A program made the translations under genes and the position numbers. Shown piece after piece: positions 32,539-42,184 of a DNA stretch of 64,000 nt. The stretch's first letter is position 1. Each line of letters begins with the position of its first letter. The DNA lies in assembly GCA_963789725.1 (NCBI GenBank), contig CAWBLU010000003.1, positions 387,170 through 451,169 of the forward strand, in the 5' to 3' direction. The notes below the pieces were generated by a model. It ran no database searches. It was given only the letters and a program-made list of their open reading frames with translations, and was not told where the DNA came from. Source of the DNA: an uncultured Chloroflexia bacterium (GTDB lineage: Bacteria; Chloroflexota; Limnocylindria; Limnocylindrales; CSP1-4).

Positions 32539-35500
32539 CGGATGAGCCCTTGACACTTCCTGCAACTCAGCCCCTCGTGGCGCCGCGAGCGGAGCGGCGC
32601 AAGCCTGAGAGCGCGCTCATCATCGGTTCGGGGCCGGTCGTGATCGGGCAGGCGGCCGAGTTCGACTACGCCGGCACGCAGGCCTGCCGCGCCCTCCGCG
32701 CCGAGGGCGTCCGAACCATCCTGGTCAACTCGAACCCCGCGACGATCATGACCGACGCGGAGGTGGCCGACGCCGTCTACCTCGAGCCGCTCACCGTCGA
32801 GGCCATCGAGCAGGTCATCGCCAGAGAGCGGCCCGAGGGGCTCCTCGCCGGCCTTGGCGGCCAGACCGGCCTCAACCTGGCCGTGGCCTTGGCCAAGGCC
32901 GGCGTCCTCGACAAGTACAACGTCCGGCTCATCGGAACGCCGCTCGAGGCGATCGAGATGGCCGAGGACCGCGAGCTGTTCCGTGACCTGCTCGACCGGA
33001 TCGGCCAGCCGTACGCGCCCAGCTGCATCGTCGAGGGCGAGACGGATGAGGCGCGCGACAAAGCGGCCAAAGAGGCCCTGGCCGAGATCGGCCTCCCAGC
33101 GATCATCCGGCCGGCGTTTACGCTCGGGGGCACCGGGGGCGGCATCGTCGAGACGGAGGCGGCGTACTGGGAGCGCACCCGCACCGGCCTTCGGCTGAGC
33201 CCGATCAACCAGGTCATGATCGAGCGCTGCCTGGTGGGCTGGCAGGAGATCGAATACGAGGTCATGCGCGACGCGGACGACACCTGCATCGCCGTCTGCT
33301 CGATGGAGAACGTCGACCCGCTGGGCGTCCACACCGGCGACTCGATCGTGGTCGCGCCGGTCCAGACGCTGCCGGACCCGGTCCACCAGCGCCTCCGCAG
33401 TGCCGCGCTCTCGATCATCCGGGCGCTCGGCGTGGAGGGCGGCTGCAACGTCCAGTTCGCGCTTTCGCCGGACTACACCGAATACGCGGTCATCGAGGTC
33501 AACCCGCGCGTCAGCCGATCCTCCGCGCTGGCGAGCAAGGCGACCGGCTACCCGATCGCGCGTGTCGCGGCGCAGATTGCCGCAGGGCGGCGCCTGGCAG
33601 AAATCCCGAACGTAGTGACCGGCACGACGGTCGCGGCTTTCGAACCGGCGCTGGACTACGTCGTCGTCAAGCTGCCCCGCTTCCCGTTCGACAAGTTCCC
33701 CACGGCCGACCGATCGCTGGGCAGCCAGATGAAGGCGACCGGCGAAGTGATGGCGATCGACCGAACGTTTGGGTCGGCGCTGAACAAGGCCTTGCGCGCG
33801 CTCGAACAGGCCGGCGCCGGCTTCCTGGCCGAGAACGCCGCCTGGCGGGCGACGCTCGACTACCTGATGGAGCCCGCGGTAGCCCAGCCGATGGTGACGG
33901 TCGACGGCGGCGGGCTGCTGTGCGAGGCCCGGGCCCATGCCGAACGAGCCGCCTATCCGATCGTCCTCAAGCGGTTCCTGGCCCCATCCGACTCGCGGCT
34001 GTGGCGGATCCTGGCACTGCTGCGGCGCGGCATGCCGGCCGAGCGGATCCGCGGCGTGACCGGCATCTCGGCCTGGTTCCTGCAGGAGTTCGAGCGAGCG
34101 ATCACGCTCGAGCGCGACGTTCGCCGGATGGGCGCGCGCATGACCGATCCACGGGACGAGGAGACGGCCGAACTCCTGGCGACGGTGAAGCGGGCCGGCT
34201 TCGGGGATCGCGAGCTGGCGCAGATGGCCGGCGTGCCGGCCGAGTCGATCCGGCTGGCCCGGATGGAGCTGGGCCTCGTGCCCGGCTACGCGATGGTGGA
34301 CACGTGCGCGGCCGAGTTCGCCGCGGAGACGCCCTACTTCTACGCCACGTACGCCGCGGCCGGCTCGGAGCCGGAACTGCCGCCCGTGGAGCGGCCAGCG
34401 GCGCTGGTGATCGGCAGCGGCCCGGTGCGGATCGGGCAGGGGATCGAGTTCGACTATTGCGCCGTCCAGGCCGCCGCCGAGCTGCGCGCCCAGGGCTGGC
34501 AGGCCGTGATGATCAACTCCAACCCCGAGACGGTCTCGACCGACTTCGACGCCTCGTCACGCCTCTACTTCGAGCCGCTTGATCCCGAAAGCGTCCGTTC
34601 GGTCGTGGAAGCCGAGTCGCCGGCTGGCGCCGACGGCGTTGCCGCGCCGCTGCTCGGCGCATTCGTCCAGTTCGGCGGCCAGACGCCCCTCAACCTGGCC
34701 GAGCCGCTCGCGGCCGCCGGTATCCCGCTCCTGGGCGCGAACCTCGAGACGATCGACCAGGCCGAGGACCGCATCCGCTTCGCGAACCTGGTCGAGTCGC
34801 TCGGCATTCCCCAGCCCGAAGGCGGCATGGCCCGATCGATAGAGGAGGCGCTGGCGCTGGCCGACCAGATCGGCTACCCGGTGATCGTTCGGCCCTCGTT
34901 CGTCATCGGCGGCCTGGCCATCGACTTCAGCTACTCGCCGTCCGATCTCGTAAACCAGCTGGAGCGCGCGACCGTCGTCGATCCCGACCGGCCGGTCCGG
35001 ATCGACCGCTATCTGGAAGGTGTCGAGGTGGACATCGATGCCGTGGCCGACGGCGAGACGGTCCTCATTCCCGGCCTGCTCGAACACGTCGAACGGGCCG
35101 GCGTTCATTCCGGCGACTCGGTCGGGATGTTTCCGCCGCAGACCGTGTCCGTGGCGGACCAGGAGTTGATCGTCGCCGCCATGGACCGCATCGTGCGTGC
35201 CCTCGACGTCCACGGCCTGGTCAACGCCCAGTTCATCGTCCGAGAAGACGGCGTCTACTTGATCGAGGTGAACCCGCGGGCCAGCCGAACCGTGCCGTTC
35301 ATGAGCAAAGTGACCGGCGTGCCGATGGTCAAGCTGGCCGTCCGGATCGCCCTGGGCGAGAAGCTGGCGGACATGGGGTGGGGGAACGGGCTGCTGGCGC
35401 CGCCTCCCCTGGTCGCGGTCAAGGCCCCGGCATTCTCCACGGCCAAGCTGCGCGGCGTGGATCCGTCCGTGGGGCCGGGGATGCAGTCGACCGGCGAGGT

Positions 35501-36035
35501 CATCGGCATCCACCAGGACCCGCGCGTGGCCCTCGCCAAAGCGATGCAGGGCGCCGCGCTGATCCCGCCGCGGCCGGGTGCCGGCGGCGCGCTGGCGCTC
35601 ATCTCCGTCGCGGAACGAGACCACGGGGAGTTGCCGCGAGTGGCCGCCGCCCTGTCTCGCGCCGGCTACCGGTTCGCGGCAACGTCCGGCACCGCGGCCG
35701 AGCTGGCCGCTCTCGGCTTCGCGGCCCAGGTCGTGGCCAAGGTCGGCGAGAAGCCGGTCGACGGCGAGATCCCGATCCTCGACCTGATCGCCGGCGGCAC
35801 CGTCCGGCTCGTGGTAAACACGCCGGCCCCCAAGTCCGGCCCGGTCCGCGACGCCGCGGAGATCCGGCTCGCCGCCACGGCGGAAGGCATCCTGTGCCTG
35901 ACCGCGATTGAGACCGCCGTCGCCGCGGCCGAGGCCCTGGACCCGGACCTGCGGTCGCGCCTGGCCGAAGTTCGTTCCCTGGGCGATTGGGTGCCGGACC
36001 CGGGTGTGCCGCGGCCCGCGCTGAAGCTGAGCTAG
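32535..36035 (+). CDS. carB: carbamoyl-phosphate synthase large subunit
   Basis: Two ATP-grasp halves (ALIIGSGPVVIGQAAEFDYAGTQA...; ALVIGSGPVRIGQGIEFDYCAVQA...), an oligomerisation domain and a C-terminal MGS-like domain. Confidence 0.92.
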   Translation: MTDEPLTLPATQPLVAPRAERRKPESALIIGSGPVVIGQAAEFDYAGTQACRALRAEGVRTILVNSNPATIMTDAEVADAVYLEPLTVEAIEQVIARERPEGLLAGLGGQTGLNLAVALAKAGVLDKYNVRLIGTPLEAIEMAEDRELFRDLLDRIGQPYAPSCIVEGETDEARDKAAKEALAEIGLPAIIRPAFTLGGTGGGIVETEAAYWERTRTGLRLSPINQVMIERCLVGWQEIEYEVMRDADDTCIAVCSMENVDPLGVHTGDSIVVAPVQTLPDPVHQRLRSAALSIIRALGVEGGCNVQFALSPDYTEYAVIEVNPRVSRSSALASKATGYPIARVAAQIAAGRRLAEIPNVVTGTTVAAFEPALDYVVVKLPRFPFDKFPTADRSLGSQMKATGEVMAIDRTFGSALNKALRALEQAGAGFLAENAAWRATLDYLMEPAVAQPMVTVDGGGLLCEARAHAERAAYPIVLKRFLAPSDSRLWRILALLRRGMPAERIRGVTGISAWFLQEFERAITLERDVRRMGARMTDPRDEETAELLATVKRAGFGDRELAQMAGVPAESIRLARMELGLVPGYAMVDTCAAEFAAETPYFYATYAAAGSEPELPPVERPAALVIGSGPVRIGQGIEFDYCAVQAAAELRAQGWQAVMINSNPETVSTDFDASSRLYFEPLDPESVRSVVEAESPAGADGVAAPLLGAFVQFGGQTPLNLAEPLAAAGIPLLGANLETIDQAEDRIRFANLVESLGIPQPEGGMARSIEEALALADQIGYPVIVRPSFVIGGLAIDFSYSPSDLVNQLERATVVDPDRPVRIDRYLEGVEVDIDAVADGETVLIPGLLEHVERAGVHSGDSVGMFPPQTVSVADQELIVAAMDRIVRALDVHGLVNAQFIVREDGVYLIEVNPRASRTVPFMSKVTGVPMVKLAVRIALGEKLADMGWGNGLLAPPPLVAVKAPAFSTAKLRGVDPSVGPGMQSTGEVIGIHQDPRVALAKAMQGAALIPPRPGAGGALALISVAERDHGELPRVAAALSRAGYRFAATSGTAAELAALGFAAQVVAKVGEKPVDGEIPILDLIAGGTVRLVVNTPAPKSGPVRDAAEIRLAATAEGILCLTAIETAVAAAEALDPDLRSRLAEVRSLGDWVPDPGVPRPALKLS

Positions 36036-36175
36036 GCCCGGCAGCACCCCCGCGGGTATCGGCAGGCAGCACAGGAGCCCCGGTAGAGGCGGGAACGCCG
36101 GATGTGCGCGACCCTGCCGGGACCGCGATCGACGGGGCCACCCGCCGAGCTCGGTGACCTCGCGGAGGTGCCCGA

Positions 36176-36841
36176 ATGCTCTTCCCTCGACCAGGCCGCG
36201 CCGCGCCGGCCTCGATCGCACTCCTGGCTCTGCTGGTCGGCGGGTGTGTCGGCGGTCCGGCCACGTCCGTTCCTGCCGGTTCCGCCACTCAGGCCGCGCC
36301 GGCAGACGCGCCGGGCAGTCCCGCGACCGGGTCGGCCTCGGCAGTGGCCGGCGGGTCGGCCACGGCACCTGCCGACGGGTCGGCCTCGGCCGGCGCTCCG
36401 GACTGGTTCGACTTCGAACTCGTGGACGTCGTCACCGGCGAGGCCTTCACCATCAACGACTTCGCGGGCAAGGTGGTGCTCGTCGAAACCATGGCCCAGT
36501 GGTGCCCGACCTGCCGGTCGCAACAGGACGAGGTCGCGAAGCTGCACGGGCTGCTGGGCGCGTCGAGCGACCTCGTCTCGGTCAGCATCGACATCGACCT
36601 CAACGAGGATGCCCCGACACTCAAGGTGTACGCCGCGAAGCAGGGCTACGACTGGCGCATGGCCGTGGCGACAAAGCCGTTGGCTCACGCCCTCGACAGT
36701 GAGTACGGGACGCAGTACCTGAACCCGCCTTCGGCCCCGATGCTGTTCGTGGACCGGAATGGGACCGTCCACACGCTTCGGTTCGGAGTCAAGTCGGCCG
36801 AGGACCTGAGGGCGACCCTGGCTCCATTCCTGGGTTTCTGA
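36176..36841 (+). CDS. TlpA/ResA-like thiol-disulfide oxidoreductase lipoprotein
   Basis: Lipobox LLVGGC, an Ala/Ser/Gly linker, then a thioredoxin fold with WCPTC. Confidence 0.75.
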   Translation: MLFPRPGRAAPASIALLALLVGGCVGGPATSVPAGSATQAAPADAPGSPATGSASAVAGGSATAPADGSASAGAPDWFDFELVDVVTGEAFTINDFAGKVVLVETMAQWCPTCRSQQDEVAKLHGLLGASSDLVSVSIDIDLNEDAPTLKVYAAKQGYDWRMAVATKPLAHALDSEYGTQYLNPPSAPMLFVDRNGTVHTLRFGVKSAEDLRATLAPFLGF

Positions 36842-36934
36842 CGCCGCCCGGAGGCCGCGCCGGCCAAAGGCCGGACCGGCGGCCGTACCCCTGAGCCGCG
36901 GGACAGGACCGTTAACTGCTTCGTCAATACGAGT

Positions 36935-37507
36935 ATGGTGGCACTCGAGGCAGTTGAGAGAGGGGCGGGGCAGGTGCTCGAGAGGGTCGGCGTTGCCAGG
37001 CCGGTCGAAGGCGTCGACGGGACCTTCGAGGATCTTTATCGCCGGCGGTATGGCGACGTCTACCGGTACGTGCTGCTCATGCTCCGGCGTCCCGAGGACG
37101 CCGAGGACGTCACCGGTGAGGCCTTCCATCGAGCCTACGCGGCCTGGGAGTCCGGGCACCGTCCGACCGGCCCGGCACTGCCGTGGTTGCTGCTCATCGC
37201 GCGCCGGCTGGTCATCGACAGGACGCGCCGCCGCAGGCTCATCTCCTGGCTGTCCATCGGCGGCCTGGATCGGGCCAGCGAACCGGCCGCGGCTGAGGAT
37301 ACGGCCCGGACCGAGTTCTGGCTCTGGTTCGATCGCTTCGCCCGCGAGCTGCCGTCGCGGCAGAGAGAGGTCCTGATCTTGCGCTACCAACGCGACCTCG
37401 ACGACGAAGCCATCGGCGAGATCCTGGGGCTTTCGGCCTCGGGCGTCCGCTCCCTGGTCGCCCGCGCCTGCGAGACGCTTCGCCGCAACCCGGAGATCTG
37501 GCGATGA
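36935..37507 (+). CDS. ECF-type RNA polymerase sigma factor
   Basis: Region 2 (FEDLYRRRYGDVYRYVLLMLRRPEDAEDVTGEAF) and region 4 (LPSRQREVLILRYQRDLDDEAIGEILGLSASGVRSLVARA). Confidence 0.8.
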   Translation: MVALEAVERGAGQVLERVGVARPVEGVDGTFEDLYRRRYGDVYRYVLLMLRRPEDAEDVTGEAFHRAYAAWESGHRPTGPALPWLLLIARRLVIDRTRRRRLISWLSIGGLDRASEPAAAEDTARTEFWLWFDRFARELPSRQREVLILRYQRDLDDEAIGEILGLSASGVRSLVARACETLRRNPEIWR

Positions 37508-38835
37508 ACGAGAACTCGATGAATGCCACTCGACCGGCCGACGAGGAGATCCTGGAAGGGATTCGGACCCGGCTGGCCGGGGTGGAACAGTTTGTCAGCA
37601 CACCGCCGGCCTGGCGCTCGGCGGGGACGAAGCTCGGCCTGACGGAGCCGGATCGAATGACCGCGCGTGTGCAGCCGCGCGGGGCCTTCGGCTTTGGGGC
37701 CGCGCTGGCAATCCTGGTCGTGGCAGTGATGGCGGCAGCATCGCTGGGGGTGCTCGGCTCGCGCAATCCGGCCGCCTCGGGCGCGAGTCCCTCCGCGTTG
37801 GTGCCCGTGACCACTGTCGTGTATCAACTGGTGACTCCGGCCGGAGTCGAGCCGACGGCCGCCGAACTCGAAACGACTGTCCAGATCCTGACCAGCAGGG
37901 CCAATTCCACCCAGGCCACGAATGTCCGCGTCACGGCCGAACCGCCAAACCGCGTCAGCGTGACTGTGAGTGGAACAGTGGACATGTCGACGTTGCGGTC
38001 GCTCCTCGGCCAGACCGGCAGGCTCGAGATCGTCCTTCTGCCTCCGGACGTGTACGGAACCGCTGTCGCGCGCGGCGTAAAGGCGGTGCCCGCAACCGGC
38101 GATACGATCGATCCCGCGCTTCCGGCCCAGTTCACCAGCGCCGACATGGATCCGGACCAGTTCGGCGTGGCGCCGGACCCGAGTGCTCCGGACCGCTCGG
38201 TCATCGACTTTGGCTTCAAGCCGGCCGTCGCGACCGAGTTCGCCGACTGGACGGGGCAGCACGTCAACGACTACATCGCTCTCGTGCTGGATGGCGTGGT
38301 TCAGTCCGTGCCATACGTCTTCTCGAGGGTGGACGGCGGCATGGGACAGATTTCGGGCAACTACACGGCCGCGGACGCGGAGACGCTCGTGGCCCTGCTC
38401 CGATACGGCGCGCTGCCCTTCCCGGTGCAGGAAGTCTCCATCGGGACCTCTACGCCGATGCCACAGGCTTCAGTGCCGCTGTCGAGTTCGCCGCTGGTCT
38501 TCGGGCAAACGCCGACCGGCGGCCCCGTCACCGTCATCGACTACCAGCTCGTACCGCCGGATGGCAGCGCGCCTACCAGGGCCGAGCTCGAACAGACGGT
38601 CCTCATGCTCGCCTACCGGATGACTACATTCTTCCCGACGGATTCCCAGCCCAGCGCGTCCGGACAGGTCCTGCCCGACTTGAGCGCCGTGCAGGGGTTC
38701 TCGGTCACAGGCGTCCTTCCCGACCAGGTCATCGTTCGCTACGAAGCCGACGTCAAGACAGACTCGGCCGGCCGTTCGGCATGGATGTCGCGGCGATCCG
38801 GGCCTGGCTGCCCAGGGCCGGCCGCGTCTCCCTGA
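37504..38835 (+). CDS. putative anti-sigma factor: single-pass membrane protein with extracytoplasmic SecD-P1-like repeats (N-terminal part of a possibly frameshifted gene)
   Basis: Start overlaps the sigma gene stop (ATGA). Short cytoplasmic N-terminus, a TM helix (AALAILVVAVMAAASLGVLG), then two repeat units with SecD periplasmic-domain-like motifs (LGQTGRLEIVLLP; YIALVLDGVVQSVPYV...GQISGNYTAADAETLVALLRYGALPFPVQEVSIGTS). The last roughly 20 codons look out of frame. Confidence 0.55.
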   Translation: MNENSMNATRPADEEILEGIRTRLAGVEQFVSTPPAWRSAGTKLGLTEPDRMTARVQPRGAFGFGAALAILVVAVMAAASLGVLGSRNPAASGASPSALVPVTTVVYQLVTPAGVEPTAAELETTVQILTSRANSTQATNVRVTAEPPNRVSVTVSGTVDMSTLRSLLGQTGRLEIVLLPPDVYGTAVARGVKAVPATGDTIDPALPAQFTSADMDPDQFGVAPDPSAPDRSVIDFGFKPAVATEFADWTGQHVNDYIALVLDGVVQSVPYVFSRVDGGMGQISGNYTAADAETLVALLRYGALPFPVQEVSIGTSTPMPQASVPLSSSPLVFGQTPTGGPVTVIDYQLVPPDGSAPTRAELEQTVLMLAYRMTTFFPTDSQPSASGQVLPDLSAVQGFSVTGVLPDQVIVRYEADVKTDSAGRSAWMSRRSGPGCPGPAASP

Positions 38836-39500
38836 TCGACTTGACGATGCTGGGTTATGGCCGCGTGGGTGTGACGGGGGAGCGGCCCCTGCCGACTCGC
38901 GGGGATCCGGTGGATCCGTCAGCGCCGGTGATAACCGGCTCGGATGTAGCGTCCTTCGGAGTCGCCTCGGACGGTCTGGTCGGGACGGTGAGGATGGACT
39001 TCACACAGTCGGGCTCCGAGAAGATGGCCAGTTACTCAAATGCCAGTGCCGGCCACTACGTGGCGCTGACCCTCGACGGGATCGTCCTGGCCACGACGGC
39101 TATGGACGGCCAGGGCAGGTACGGGACGCTGCAAATGACGGTCTCCGTCGATGACGTCGCCGGCCTCAACTGGCTGGGCGAGGACGGCAATTCGCCGCTG
39201 CCGGAGCCGCTTGCGGAAAGGAGCTACTCAACCGCTGTCTCGCCCGCATCACCCGCCCCGAGTGGCCCGACCGTCGCGCCGACTCCGCGCCTCGATCCTA
39301 CCCCTGTCCCTGCGACGCCCGACGCCGCCGGCACCTTCATCGTCTACGTGGTGAAAGCGGGAGACACGCTGAGCGCGATCGCGGCCAGGTTCAACGTCTC
39401 ACTGCCAAGCCTGGAGGCGGCGAACCCGCAACTCGAGACCAGCGACTTGATCTTGGTCGGATCGATCGTGAACATCCCCCCGCCCCGACCGGTTCCCTAG
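38781..39500 (+). CDS. SecD-P1-like plus C-terminal LysM domain protein (probable C-terminal part of the anti-sigma gene)
   Basis: HYVALTLDGIVLATTAMDGQGRYGTLQMT is a third SecD-head-like unit. The C-terminus YVVKAGDTLSAIAARFNVSLPSLEAANPQL...GSIVNIP is a LysM domain. No signal peptide of its own; overlaps the previous ORF by 55 nt in another frame. Confidence 0.5.
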   Translation: MDVAAIRAWLPRAGRVSLIDLTMLGYGRVGVTGERPLPTRGDPVDPSAPVITGSDVASFGVASDGLVGTVRMDFTQSGSEKMASYSNASAGHYVALTLDGIVLATTAMDGQGRYGTLQMTVSVDDVAGLNWLGEDGNSPLPEPLAERSYSTAVSPASPAPSGPTVAPTPRLDPTPVPATPDAAGTFIVYVVKAGDTLSAIAARFNVSLPSLEAANPQLETSDLILVGSIVNIPPPRPVP

Positions 39501-39567
39501 ATCGTCTACCCGGTTGCACGGGGCGGCAAATCGCGGAACATCCCTACCGGCGGGAACGCGGGCGGTT

Positions 39568-40170
39568 ATGGTTCGTGGCGTGCATAAGCTGAGATCACGC
39601 CTCTCCCCCGCGGCCGGACTGCTGGTCGCCGCCGTTGCCCTCGCCGGCTGCTCTTCGTCCGCCGGCTCACCTGCGCCCAGCAGCACGTACTTCGACCCGA
39701 TTCCGGTCGTGGCGGCGCCGACGATGCCGTCGTGGTTCGCCGTCAAGATGACCGACGTCAACACGGGCAAGCAGTTCAGCATCAGCGACTTCACGGGCAA
39801 GGTCGTTCTGATAGACACGATGGCCACGTGGTGCCCGACCTGCCAGGGCGAGATGAGCGAGATCCAGCTTCTGCCGACGCTCTACCCGAGCGGCACCGAC
39901 CTGGTGAGGATCAGCCTGGACGTCGATCCGAACGAGGACGCGACGATCCTCAAGAAGTACGCGGACGCGAACAAGTTCGACTGGTACATCGCCATCGCCC
40001 CGATCGAGGTAGGCCGGTTCCTCGAGGTCAATTACGACGAGCGCTACCTCAACCCGCCGCTCCAGCCGATGCTCTTCATCGACCGCGCGGGCGGCGTATA
40101 CGGGCTCCCGTTCGGCGCCAAGTCGGCCATCAGCCTCCAGAAGACACTGGCTCAATACCTCGGGCAGTAG
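39568..40170 (+). CDS. TlpA/ResA-like thiol-disulfide oxidoreductase lipoprotein, paralog 2
   Basis: Lipobox ALAGCSSS and WCPTC; overall 40-45% identical to the 36176 gene. ATG at 39568 was chosen inside the longer ORF. Confidence 0.75.
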   Translation: MVRGVHKLRSRLSPAAGLLVAAVALAGCSSSAGSPAPSSTYFDPIPVVAAPTMPSWFAVKMTDVNTGKQFSISDFTGKVVLIDTMATWCPTCQGEMSEIQLLPTLYPSGTDLVRISLDVDPNEDATILKKYADANKFDWYIAIAPIEVGRFLEVNYDERYLNPPLQPMLFIDRAGGVYGLPFGAKSAISLQKTLAQYLGQ

Positions 40171-40174
40171 CGCC

Positions 40175-40843
40175 ATGGATGTCGCCCTGACGTCGTTCGG
40201 GTTCGGGCTGCTGGCCACGACCAGCCCATGTCTGCTGCCGCTCTACCCCGGGTTCCTGGCGTATCTGAGCGGCCAGGCCGGGTCCGATCGGGGCCGCGCG
40301 CACTACTTCCTCGGCGTGTACGTCCTCGCCGGCGTCCTGACGGCGATGCTCGTCCTGGGCGCCGTGATCGCGGCCATGTCCGTGTCGATCGGGCGGGTCC
40401 TGGCGATCCTCATTCCGGTGGCGATCGTCGTGATCCTGATCCTGGGAGTGCTGATGTTGACGAACCGCAACCCGTTCTACCGGCTGCCCCAGATCAAAGT
40501 TCCGTTGCTGCGCCGCCCGTCCCTGAACGCCTACGTCTACGGGTTGCTGTACGGCCCGATCGCGATGCCCTGCTCGGGCCCGCTCGTGGTGGCCGTCTTC
40601 GTCTACTCGTTCACCGTGGCCGAGGCCGTCGGCAAGCTCTGGGTGTTCCTGTGGTTCGGGCTCGGGTTCGGCGTCCCGCTCCTGGCGATCTCGTTGCTGT
40701 CGGGCGCCGTCCAGCGCGACCTGACCCGCTGGTTCGCCCGCCACAGCCGGGCCATCAACGTCGTCGGCGGCGTGCTTCTGATCGCCATCGCGATCTACGA
40801 CCTGGCGGAGAACTGGAACATGCTGGTTCTCTACTACTCCTGA
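40175..40843 (+). CDS. ccdA: cytochrome c-type biogenesis / thiol-disulfide transporter CcdA (DsbD-family membrane protein)
   Basis: TSPCLLPLYPGFLAYL and YGPIAMPCSGPLVVAVF, the two conserved Cys-containing TM segments of CcdA/DsbD. Confidence 0.8.
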   Translation: MDVALTSFGFGLLATTSPCLLPLYPGFLAYLSGQAGSDRGRAHYFLGVYVLAGVLTAMLVLGAVIAAMSVSIGRVLAILIPVAIVVILILGVLMLTNRNPFYRLPQIKVPLLRRPSLNAYVYGLLYGPIAMPCSGPLVVAVFVYSFTVAEAVGKLWVFLWFGLGFGVPLLAISLLSGAVQRDLTRWFARHSRAINVVGGVLLIAIAIYDLAENWNMLVLYYS

Positions 40844-40852
40844 CCGACGCGC

Positions 40853-42184
40853 TCAGGCGTGCTCGAGCAGGCTGACCGGCGACTCCGCGGGGGCCGGGGC
40901 GGGCTCCCCCGACCCGGGCTCGGCTGCGGCTCGCGCGTCCTCGTCGGTGTGGCGGAACCACTTCCACAGAAGTGCCGTGCCGATGCTGTAGAGCACGATG
41001 ATCGTCACGAAGTCGACGGCGTAGCCCGCATCGAAGCCGAGGCCGGCCTGGAGCGTTCCGTAGTAGATCGGCGCGATGGTCCAGCCGAGGGACCACAGCA
41101 GCGTCATCAACGCCGACAGGACGGCTCGTTCCCGGGCCGAGACTCTCTCCATCGCGAACGCGTCGAAGATCGGACTGCCGGCGTTCATCAGCGAGTTTCG
41201 AACGGCCAGGGCGATGATCACCGACCAGAGCATCGGCGAGAAGCCCAGGACGACCAGGAATGGAATGCTCGCTCCCTGGACGAGGACGATCGAGCCTATC
41301 CGTCCGAAGCGGCGAGCCAGAGCCGGCTGCATCATGATCGCGAGCGCGGTGCCGAGGCTGGTGATGGCAAAGACCGCGTTGAGCGACGCCAGGTCCAGGC
41401 CGAACTTCTTCTGGATGAAGAGGTTGAGGAAGGGGATCAGCTGGCCGGCGCCGAGGGACGTGATGAAGCCCGGCAGAAGGAGCTTGAAGAACAGGCCCGG
41501 GTTCGAAATATGCATTCCGAACCGGCCCGAAGGGTGAAGTTCTCTGGCCCGTTCGGCCGCGAGCGACTGGCGGTCGTCGCCCAACCGGAGCACGGTCAAG
41601 AGACCGGCCAGGCTCAGGATCGTGATCAGGACGAGAACCACCAGGTACGGCCCCGCTGCGGTGGTCAGGCCGAGCGGACCCGCCAGGTTTTGGGCGATCG
41701 CTCCGCCGAGCAACGTCGCGACGACTCCCGTCGTGAAGCTCAGGGCATTCCATGTGGCGAAGAACTCGTTGCGCTGATCCGGCCTCGTGTGCTCGGCGAT
41801 GTAGGGGATCTGGACGACGCTCACGATCTGGAACCCGGCCCCGAAGGCGATCACTCCCACGAAGATGAGCGGGAGGTAGCCCGGCATGAAGGCGATGAGC
41901 GCCACGGACACTAGAACCACGCCCGCGGCCATGACGGACCGCCGACCCACTCGATTGGAGATGGCGCTGGCCGGCAGCGCGACCACGACCCCCGCCAGCT
42001 GTGACACGGCCATCAGCCAGCCGATCGTCGGCCGGTCGACGCCGATGGCTTCCAGGTACAGGTTGAAGTCGATCCAGTAGAGGCTGATGGCAGCGCCGAA
42101 GACGATCGTGGTTAGGAGAAATCGGCGCGCGTCCGTGCCGAAGCCGGTGAAGCTGTGGATGTAGCGGAGCAGGGCGCCTTTCAC
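40853..42184 (-). CDS. MFS transporter
   Basis: Twelve hydrophobic segments, and an MFS motif-A-like NRVGRRSVM between TM2 and TM3. Confidence 0.75.
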   Translation of the reverse strand: MKGALLRYIHSFTGFGTDARRFLLTTIVFGAAISLYWIDFNLYLEAIGVDRPTIGWLMAVSQLAGVVVALPASAISNRVGRRSVMAAGVVLVSVALIAFMPGYLPLIFVGVIAFGAGFQIVSVVQIPYIAEHTRPDQRNEFFATWNALSFTTGVVATLLGGAIAQNLAGPLGLTTAAGPYLVVLVLITILSLAGLLTVLRLGDDRQSLAAERARELHPSGRFGMHISNPGLFFKLLLPGFITSLGAGQLIPFLNLFIQKKFGLDLASLNAVFAITSLGTALAIMMQPALARRFGRIGSIVLVQGASIPFLVVLGFSPMLWSVIIALAVRNSLMNAGSPIFDAFAMERVSARERAVLSALMTLLWSLGWTIAPIYYGTLQAGLGFDAGYAVDFVTIIVLYSIGTALLWKWFRHTDEDARAAAEPGSGEPAPAPAESPVSLLEHA

